A DNA stretch of 64,000 nt from contig OX597815.1 of the NCBI GenBank assembly GCA_951406725.2, positions 147,498,001 through 147,562,000 of the forward strand, given 5' to 3'. How positions within the stretch are numbered: position 1 is the stretch's first letter; each line of letters starts with the position of its first letter. Source of the stretch: Octopus vulgaris (taxonomy: Eukaryota). Below, piece by piece: positions 54,398 to 64,000 of the stretch. The notes under the pieces are model-generated. The model did not search any database. It had not been told where the DNA came from and was given only the letters and a program-made list of their open reading frames with translations. The position numbers and the translations under genes were made by a program.

Positions 54398-55634
54398 ATG
54401 TATGTATACACACATATATATGTGTGTATGTTTGTGCGTGAGTGTGTGTGGGGGGCAGTTCGAATTTTACATAGTTCTTTATTATCTATTTCTTTCGTTT
54501 TTCGTATTCTTCAAGATGAAATCTAAATTATAATGGAAAAAACGGATCGTTTCGTTGTTCATTTATGAGTCGGATGCAATTTTTTCCCCTGTTTAGAAGA
54601 GGAGGATATTGTTTTTGCAATGTTTCAGAGAGATGTTTCAGGACAATGAAGGGAGAGGAGAAAACAAAACATTGGATGGGGAAAGCATAGGCATATAGAT
54701 ATATAGACAGACAGACAGACATATTGATAGATAAATAGATAGATAGATAGATAGATATATAGATAGATAGGCAGACAAATAGATAGACAGAGAGGTTTCT
54801 TTTCAAATTGATGTGGTCAATTCCTTGTAATTATATTACTAAGCATTTTTCTTTATTTCTTTATCTGTTTCTTTTTTCATTTATACCGACAAACATATTT
54901 GTAAATAAACATATTTACTCTCAAGGGCTGGTGACCTTTCAAAGATGGAAAGTTGAGGAAGTAGGGAAAAATAAGAAAAGACAGACCGCTGCGGTCATCA
55001 CTGAAAAATATCAAAGTGTTCAAAGTTCAAATTCCAATGAAAAATGGATATTCCTTTACGCTTGTATAGCCAAGTACCATATCCTGTGTAATTCCATGTT
55101 TTGCATGAACAAACGTTAAATAATAGTACAATATTCAACTTAATCTATTCTCTATGTACATTTAATCAAACACCATGAATGAGTTTTGTATGTATATTGT
55201 ATATTTATCCGGAAGCCTCTTTGTAAGTCACAAATTATATAATAAAGCAGGGCCTGCTTAAATATACATACATACATACATACATACATACATACATACA
55301 TACATACATACGTATATGACCCGGGTCAGGGTCATGCTGAAATCATGTGGAGCAGCATTGTTGATGTGAAGCTGGGTGTTTCGATATTTATTTGACGTAT
55401 GATCTTTATTTAGCGAAGCTACACGATAAAATCTGAACGGAAGAGCCACTTCCGCAAACGATTACTCTAGGGTCAACCAAACCAGGGAGTGGATTACTGC
55501 CAGTTGATAGAACATGTGATTCATCAAATCTTTTAGATACAAGAAAACACTGTGGAGTTCTAGACATTTATAGTATCAAGAAATCAAGTTGGATGGCTCG
55601 TAGTAGTAAAGACATATATAAATGTATCTATGTA

Positions 55635-56876
55635 TTAGGTTGTTCCGAAAATAATGGCCGTTCTATGTGTTGTTTTGAAACGCAATTTTATCATAGTATT
55701 TTAATTATATTTTAGGTAGATTCCAACGTACTTAATAATTGATTTATGCTCTTTAATATGTTTCCAATTATTTCAGACAGAAAACATTCTTGAAGCAAAG
55801 CCCCCTTAATTATGAACATCCCAAAAAAGATCATCACTTACCTTTGTTGTATGAATTCACGCTTAGGTATAATGCCTCCCAAACTGCTGCCAAATAAACA
55901 GAGCATAGGGAGAGGGGTCCACAAGTGATCGCACAGTACGAAGATGGTTTCAGAAATTCCGTAGTGGTGGTGAGAGAATTGAAGGTGAAGAAAGTAGAGG
56001 ACGGTCATATCAGTCTTGACAGTGAACAATTGAATGTAATTGTTGAACACATCCCACGTCAAAGTGTCAGAGAAAAGTCTCAGGCACTTGGTGTCGGTAT
56101 GGCAACGGTCTCACACAGCCTGCAGAAGATTAGTAAGGGGAAAACGCTTGATAAATGGGTACCACATGAACTCAATGAAAATTTTAAAAAGTTCGGCGTT
56201 TTGAAGTGTGTCTGATACTTTTTCTGCCAAACACCAATGATACATTTCTTGACGGAATAGTTACTTGTGACGAAAAATAGATCCCTTATCATAACCGTAA
56301 ACGAACAGATCAATGACTGGATAGTGATGAGTCCCCTAAACATTTCCGAAAGCCAAAGTTGCATCAGCAAAGAAAGACTAGGGCACTATCTGGTGGTCTG
56401 CAATTAGTGTTGTCTATTACAGATTTCTGGAAGCCAACCAGAATATTAATGCCGAGGTTTCCTGCAATGAATTCGTTGCTAAAGATGAGACTCGCAATGG
56501 TAAATCGGCTTGGCCCAATTCTGCTCCAAGATGATGCAAAGCTACATGTTGCAAGAATGACGCCGCAGAAACTCACGGACTTGGGATATGACGCTTTACC
56601 ATATCCTCCACTAACTACCATTTTTTAAACATTTAAACACGTTTTTAAGTGATAGAACTATCAGGTCCAAACCAGAGGCGGAATCAGCTTTCAAAGATTT
56701 GTTTGCATCAAAGCCAATAAGTTTTTCTCAACGAGACATAATTAATCTCGTTGATTGATGGCAGAGATGCATAGAAGTTCACGGCTCATACTTTTACTAA
56801 TCAAAACATTTCTATTGTTAATTTTTACAGAATAAAATTGTTTCTGAAATCGGCCATTATTTTCGGAACAGCCTAA
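55635..56876 (+). mobile_element. Full-length decayed mariner (DD34D) transposon
   Basis: 26-bp TIRs ttaggttgttccgaaaataatggccg / cggccattattttcggaacagcctaa with TA on both sides. Motifs WVPHEL, TCDEK, LQDDAKLH and YPP are present, with stops and frameshifts. Confidence 0.95.
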
Positions 56877-58292
56877 TATCCATGTGTACTGTGTTGGTGT
56901 TTTCACTAGAGCTATCGCTTGACAAACTGTTAGTTTGCATTTACTACATTTACACTAGCGGTGTAGTTCAACAAAATGGACAGAAAGAATCAGTACTAAG
57001 CTATAAAATAATCGGTACTAGATTTATTTTTTCGTGCTCCAGCATGACCACAATCTAATGCCTGAAGCAAGTAAAAGATAAAAGATAAAATTTAAAAGGT
57101 AAAATCTCAATCGTTTTAAAAACGCGACAGCATTTGAAGCTTTCATGTAAATTTGCATTTAATGGATGTACCTGCATAGATGGCTTATTCACTTAAGTTT
57201 CCAATAAAAGAAATCATACCGCAGTTGTAAAGCTAGGCAAACAGACATTCGTTTACGAACATAATTTTCTTTCACAAAATCGAATTTAAAATTTATAGAA
57301 TCATTTCAACGATCTTCTGTAAGTTAGAGGGGGTGGACCATTAAGTATTATTAATTTTAAATGTGAACGAATAATATAAAGCAGTGAAATTTATACACAG
57401 CGGCATTAACAATTCCACATGTAATAAATATTAATACGCTTTGAACAAAATGCGTAAAAAAAAGACGAAACCCGATTCAATGTACTAATATAAAGTATCA
57501 AGAATAAAGATGAACTGAGATAAATATATACATACGTAGATACGCAAACGAATGCGCACTGACACACACGTTTGTGTGGTGTGTGCGCGCGTGTCTATGT
57601 ACATATGTATGTATTTATCTATGTATCTATCTCTCTCACTATATATATAAAACACAGGTAGATACACACACACACACATACACACACACAAACACACACA
57701 CAAACACACACACACTAAACCAATAAACGAAAGATTCTCTTGACCTGAGTCTATAGAATGCTTTACATATATAAATTTGAAAAATATTTCGTAAGATAAA
57801 ACGTATTTTTAAAACATGAAACCGATTTATTAAGCTAATAATTAGTTAGATAAGTGATAAAAAATCGTTATGCATGGATACGGCTATTTTTTGTTTTAAC
57901 TATCAGTGGTAATAAAAATAAAATTCAGCTAAAAGTTTTAATGAATTGTAAACATTTTCCTTTTATTATCATTGATGTCTCTCTCGTGTATTTAGATTTC
58001 TGCATATATTAAATAAATATAAGAATAAGGTTACGTTCTATATTCCCTTTAATTGGCACCTTTGATGTTTTAGGAAATATTTATATATGAATAAATAATC
58101 AAAATAAGATGTATATATTATTCATATATTTGAAAGGAAATTGAGTGACTGAAAATGTTTTTGTACATAAAAGCAAAAGAAATGAATCAACTGATAAAAA
58201 AAAAACTAATGGTTTAAACGTTTATTGGAAATCGCTCACAATATATTTAATTAAATTGTTTGTAAATTGGACGTAAGGAACATTTTAAGTAC

Positions 58293-58339
<47 letters not shown>

Positions 58340-58344
<5 letters not shown>

Positions 58345-58639
58345 ATCACGTGACCGACCAGACAATCAGTTGTTGTTACACATCGCTGGTCACAATGCGT
58401 TCGCATTGTTTTAGCCTTCGGATGACACCACTCCGCTGGCTAAGCGAGCAGGCCAACAGACGAAAGAATGAGAGAAAGAGTGGTGAAAGAGTACAGCAGG
58501 GATCACCACCCCCTGCCGGCGCGTCGTGGAGATTTTAGGTGTTTTCGCTCAATAAACACACACAACGTCCGGTCTGGGAATCGAAACCGCGATCCTACGA
58601 CCGCGAGTCCGCTGTCCTAACCACTGGGTCATTGCACCT

Positions 58640-58642
<3 letters not shown>
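58340..58642 (-). mobile_element. SINE family C
   Basis: Reverse complement of 24491-24786. The head has a CTCGC anticodon-loop-like segment (Arg-TCG-like). Confidence 0.85.
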
Positions 58643-58715
<73 letters not shown>

Positions 58716-58996
58716 GTATATGGGTATATATATATATTTACCGTTATTGTTTTTACGTTTTTGTATTCTTATTGGTGTCACGCATTCTGTATTTTTGTTC
58801 GTGTACTTCGTTCGTTTTCCGTCCTCGTGTTGTATACATTCGAAGCTTTCTTCCAGGGGATCTAATGCGCTTGGCTTAGATTTCCCTTGGCGGGCTGCCC
58901 ATATCGGAGCAATCTCAAGATTAATCAGCCGAAATTGCTAAGATGATCTGGTTCTTGACTGATGACTGATGACTTTACTGTTTACCTATGTATATA

Positions 58997-59070
<74 letters not shown>

Positions 59071-59209
59071 GAGAGAGAGTAACCACTATGTGGTCGACTC
59101 TAGTGCTAAAAATAGATCCGCTATGGTATAGCCACTAAAAATTGTTTCCAAGGAGAAATAACACAACATTTAACGTAGGGCAAGTGAAAAATAACGAAAA
59201 AAATAGATT

Positions 59210-59287
59210 AACTCTGGACAATTGTTTCATTATTAATGTAATATGCAATTTTACTTACATAACATCTATAATTCATCAGCAGAAGTT
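59210..59287 (-). ncRNA. Type I hammerhead ribozyme motif (inverted copy)
   Basis: Reverse complement of 59893-59970, with TCATCAG at 59273-59279. Confidence 0.9.
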
Positions 59288-59892
59288 TGTCTAGAATACA
59301 ATTTATTAAATCACACATTAAATTTCGACGCAGCGTCAAAACACACGTGCGGTTCAATCGATTGTATTAGCAGCTATGATTCAAATTCCCCCGCCAAAAG
59401 TGTGCCAAGACTTCGGGAAACGAATACTGCATAAAATATTTACTGCAGCATAATAAATTTTACAAATGAGGGTTAATCAATTTTTTTCGTTATTTTTCAC
59501 TTGCCCTACGTTAAATGTTGTGTTATTTCTCCTTGGAAACAATTTTTAGTGGCTATACCATAGCGGATCTATTTTTAGCACTAGAGTCGACCACATAGTG
59601 GTTACTCTCTCATATTTATGTATAAATTTGTATTTTATCCCTGGTTTTATGTGCTAAGCCACTTGGTGTTAAATTGATGGTATTATTAAATTAATATCAA
59701 ATTTTTCACCCTCATTTGTAAAATTTATTATACTGCAGTAAATATTTTATACAGTATTCGTTTCCCGAAGTCTTGGCACACTTTTGGCGGGGAATTTGAA
59801 TCATAGCTGCTAATACAATCGATTGAACCGCACGTGTATTTTGACGCTGCGTCGAAATTTAATGTGTGATTTAATAAATTGTATTCTAGACA

Positions 59893-59970
59893 AACTTCTG
59901 CTGATGAATTATAGATGTTATGTAAGTAAAATTGCATATTACATTAATAATGAAACAATTGTCCAGAGTT
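59893..59970 (+). ncRNA. Type I hammerhead ribozyme motif, GUC cleavage triplet
   Basis: aacttctg CTGATGA(59901-59907) attat...ataat GAAAC(59952-59956) aatt GTC(59961-59963) cagagtt. All three stems pair. Confidence 0.9.
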
Positions 59971-60759
59971 AATTTATTTTTTTCGTTATTTTTCACTTGC
60001 CCTACGTTAAATGTTGTGTTATTTCTCCTTGGAAACAATTTTTAGTGGCTATACCATAGCGGATCTATTTTTAGCACTAGAGTCGACCACATAGTGGTTA
60101 CTCTCTCATATTTATGTATAAATTTGTATTTTATCCTTGGTTTTATGTGCGAAGCCACTTGGTGTTAAATTGATGCTATTTTAACTATCTCCCTGCAACT
60201 AAATGACCACAAAATAGTAGGAGCGCAGATCACGAAGGAGCAGTAAGGGAGCGTGCAGATACAACAGTTTCGTTAGAGAATACAGAGCATATAATATTGC
60301 TTCACGTGCAGTACAGATACTAGAACAAGAAGAAGTTATAAGGCTGCCACGGCAACGAGAAGGCCAAGATGAAACGGTGAGAGGGGAACGAGAATGGAGA
60401 GACAGAGAAGGGTAAAGAGAAGGAGAAAGAGAAATAAAAGAGAGAGGGAGAGAGAGAGAGAGAGAATGGGAAAGACAGCGAGATAATGAATGAATAATGC
60501 TGTTGCAGAGGTAGTGAGAAAAACAGAAGAGACTAGTTAGGGAACTTAAATTAGGCGACTGGGAGAGAAAGATGAAGAAAAATATAACAAATGAGATTGA
60601 GGTATACAACTATATTATGAAAATCAATGTGATGAAGAAAGAGAGAGAAGACAGAGAAATGAGATGCACACCTCTCCGTAGATGTGATAATGAAAATAAC
60701 ACAACAGAAACATATGAAGAACCTGAAGTCATCGATAGCCCAGTTACTCTAATGGTCTT

Positions 60760-61350
60760 CTCTGCTATCTTGGCCTGGCTTCGCAGATGAAGGTTAAGAA
60801 GGCTGTTATCCACGTCGTCGGCACGCTCGTTCGTGGCTGATAAGGCCGATGTGGGATCGACATATCCGATTTCAATGATGACAGGGCCCAATGATGCAGC
60901 TGTATTATTTTTTCCCCACTGGCTGTTGCCTTCAGGAGAGGCACTGCAAGAGATCTCAAAGGAGGAAAGAGCATCGCTGATGTGTATGGTGCCAAGCAGC
61001 ACGGTCAGCTGTTAGAGTGGGCCACTCACGATAATCAATGTTACAAACGCTAAGGGAATGCTTCAGGCAGTCCTTGTAACGCTTCTTTGATGCCCCCACC
61101 CTGTTGCGGTGGCCAGTGTTGAACGCACCGTATATGATGATCTTCGGTAAGCGATGATCTTTTTTCCTGTCAACGTATCCTGCCCAACGTAGTCGTGCCC
61201 CAAGTAAAATGGTTTTCAGGTTGGTGAACTCTCCTCGCTTGAGAACCTCAGTGTTGGTGATGTTGTCGCTCCAGTAGATGTTGAGGTTAGTGCGAAAGAG
61301 CCTGAAATGACAGCAGTTGAGGACCCAGGACTCAGAGCCATATAGGTCAC
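60760..61350 (-). mobile_element. RTE/BovB-like LINE 3' fragment
   Basis: RLRWAGYVDRKKDHRLPKIIIYG..NTGHRNRVGASKKRYKDCLKHSL and a terminal RICRSHIGLISHERAC zinc-finger-like motif. Confidence 0.85.
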
Positions 61351-61384
61351 AGCAGCAAAAACAACAATCATAATAATAATAGAC

Positions 61385-61567
61385 CTCTCTACCATAGGTA
61401 CAAGACCTGAAATTTTGAGGGAGAGGAAATGTCGACCTCAGTGTTTTATTTATACTTAATTTATCAACCCCGAAAGGATGAAAATCAAAGTCGACGGCGG
61501 CGGAATTTGAACTAAGAACGTAGCGACGGGCGAAAATCCGCTAAGGATTCTGCCAGCTTGCCGTCTT
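61385..61567 (-). mobile_element. SINE family B variant
   Basis: ccccgaaaggatgaaa...cggaatttgaact...attctgccagcttgccg. Confidence 0.8.
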
Positions 61568-61595
61568 ATTGGCGACGACGATGATGATGAGGATG

Positions 61596-61662
<67 letters not shown>

Positions 61663-61688
61663 TAATAATAATAATAATGATAATAATA

Positions 61689-61743
<55 letters not shown>

Positions 61744-61744
<1 letters not shown>

Positions 61745-62311
61745 TGTAACTGAAGGAGAAAATGTAACCATTCTGTGGGACTTTCCAGTACATACAGACC
61801 GAACCATCAAGGCCAATAAACCAGATATTGTTGTGAAAGACCAAAACAATAAAGTTTGCTTATTGATCGACATGAGCATCCCCTGTGATCATAATATCTC
61901 AGCGAAAGAGTTTGACAAGCTCAGAAAATATAAAGACCTACTCATTGAAATTGAGAAAATGTGGCATCTCAAGGCGGTTACAATACCAGTGATCGTAGGA
62001 GCACTAGGAATGATCAAGAAGGGAACCGAAAATTATATGAGAATGATCCCTGGCTTACCATCCCTGCAAGAAGTGCAAAAGATTGTCTTAACTGGTACAT
62101 CACACGTATTGAGAAGAGCATTGTCGATGTGAGAACTGTTGCTGCTCATGTATTTTAATTTTAATTTAACTTAAAAAAGAAAAAAAAAATGTACGAACTA
62201 CTGAGTTTGGTTTAATGGCCAAGCCAATATACACTATGAGTTTCTTTGCCCTAGGAGTCGGGAAGACACTTGGCAAGAAATGGAAGAAAATTTGAAAGAA
62301 GAAAAAAAAAA
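61744..62311 (+). mobile_element. 5'-truncated young R4/Dong-like insertion with an open RLE domain, 3' UTR and A-rich tail
   Basis: Stop-free VTILWDFPVHTDRTIKANKPDIVVKD..CLLIDMSIP..KLRKYKDL..PVIVGALG..TSHVLRRALSM* (stop at 62132). (TAA)n lies on both sides. Confidence 0.92.
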
Positions 62312-62345
62312 GTAATAATGATAATAATAATAATAATAATAATAA

Positions 62346-62900
62346 AATGCCATGATGGAGTTCTAGGCAGAGGCTCTTAGGCACCTAATCTTAACTGATT
62401 GGAAGTGTTATCATGTACATCGTTTTGTCTTGGTATAAAAGATGGACTATAGCAAATATTCTGCTGAACACTACAGATTTACTTGTCAGTTGTTTGACCT
62501 TAACCAGTTAAGCATGTCCCTTAGTGGCTGACGATATATGCATCTCTGATCTCGAGCGGAAGTAGTGGGGAATCATCATAGTCATGTTTTGAGAGGAATT
62601 CTTTTGGGCATGGATAATTCACCTTTGGAAACATGGGTGTTTTGTTCAACATCCTTAGACAACAATTATTCAGGGACTATTTGTGAAGGATGGGCTACTT
62701 GACCTGAAGAAAATTCTAATTGGTCCCCACTTGCAAGGTTATGTGCTGTTTATCTTGATGTTAGATCACCATGTCGCGCACATATGTTTGTGATGCATAT
62801 GCCTAGTGCACTCTTATCAGACGGGTAGTCATTATGGTTATACTTGGTTTCGTATACTTTACCCCAGTGTCATTTTAATGGAATGCACTGCGCTCTCACT
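62346..62900 (+). mobile_element. ~555-bp non-coding element in (TAA)n (copy 2)
   Basis: Homologous to the reverse complement of 4039-4610. It ends in ctctcactc followed by (AAT)n. Confidence 0.75.
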
Positions 62901-62901
62901 C

Positions 62902-62960
<59 letters not shown>

Positions 62961-63045
62961 TAATAATAATAATAATAATAACAACAACAACAACAACAAC
63001 AACAATAACAACAATAATAATAACAATAACAATAACCACAACAGC

Positions 63046-63110
<65 letters not shown>

Positions 63111-63150
63111 CAATAACAACAATAAAAACAACAATAATAATAATAATAAC

Positions 63151-63210
<60 letters not shown>
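62901..63210. repeat. (AAT/AAC/GAT)n microsatellite
   Basis: Visible directly in the sequence. Confidence 0.95.
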
Positions 63211-63211
<1 letters not shown>

Positions 63212-64000
63212 CGCTATAAACAAGAAGAATCCCCCGGATGTCTAAGACACCAGATCTCCCGGCAGAGACCCCTCAAAACCAAGTGCAAAATACTATTTGA
63301 CTTCTATCAACATATGGGCTGCTGCCGTAGTCCGCTATTGTGTCACCCATTCGGAAATGCACCCGAGAGGAGATTAACCAACACGATTACATTACCCGAA
63401 AAGCAATTCCAATGCATGGTGGCCTCCACACTAAACAGAACGTACACAGACTTTACATGGAGTGGTATAAATGTGGACGTTATCTGATTAGCGTTCGGGA
63501 GTGTATCAACAGCGAAGAAGAAACATTGCAGGGTATTTGCTAAATAGCAAACAATGCAGAATGATTTACTGGCTACGAACTTGAAAGTGCTAATGAATTC
63601 CGATTACGAATGGCTAACGAGAGAGAAGACACTCTACTCCGCATGGAATTATATAGTTCCATCGTGAAATTAACAACAGGAATAATCATGGAGGTGGTTG
63701 AACAAGTATGACCTAAAAATATATACTGAAATCTTAATCATCAGGATTAAGACATTAGATACCAACTCAGTGTAAAGGAATATATACCACACAAGTGTAA
63801 TAAACCTCTGCAGAATGTGTAGGAATGAGAGCCGAGAGCGTTACTCACATTGTTAGTGTTTGTGAAAATCTTTTCGCAAAGAGAGTAGCAGTGAAGACAC
63901 GACAAGGTAGCCCAAAACCTTCACTGGCTACTATACCAGAAGTATGGATACGACGTAACGGGTGCTTAGTTTCAACATGCACCAAAAAACTTAATGGACA
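63210..64000 (+). mobile_element. Decayed R4/Dong-like LINE fragment running off the window
   Basis: MHGGLHTKQNVHRLY...GRYLISVRECI, LCRMCR and RHDKVAQNLHWLLYQKYG. Confidence 0.8.

Larger units (their letters stand above)
59071..60180. mobile_element. Inverted + tandem Penelope-type/retrozyme-like element (family H5, 496-bp unit)
   Basis: 59071-59472 is an inverted copy of 59708-60107. The + strand repeats with period 496 (cgttattttt at 59488 and 59984). It abuts (TA)n and has two hammerhead motifs. Confidence 0.85.

Overview
AT-rich, repeat-saturated eukaryotic DNA. The SINE families and the (TA)n/(CA)n/(TATG)n/(TAA)n microsatellites resemble Octopus (coleoid cephalopod) genomes; this taxonomic call is inferred. 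No intact protein-coding gene is supported, and most ORF-track entries are microsatellite artefacts. The window holds decayed R4/Dong-type LINEs in (TAA)n tracts, RTE and CR1-like remnants, Tc1, maT and mariner transposons, a solo LTR, MITEs, three tRNA-derived SINE families and a candidate TATA+Inr Pol II promoter near 47.6 kb. The main discovery is at least seven sequence-distinct small elements, mostly in (TA)n tracts and several palindromic or tandem, that carry type I hammerhead ribozyme motifs (CUGANGA-stem II-GAAAC-short, usually palindromic loop-GUH, closed by stem I). Penelope-like GIY-YIG and RT remnants lie nearby. Two of these elements have 433-bp and 496-bp tandem units with one ribozyme per unit, the layout of a retrozyme. 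One carries a hAT transposase fragment in its hairpin loop. Ribozyme activity is inferred from motif and base pairing only.
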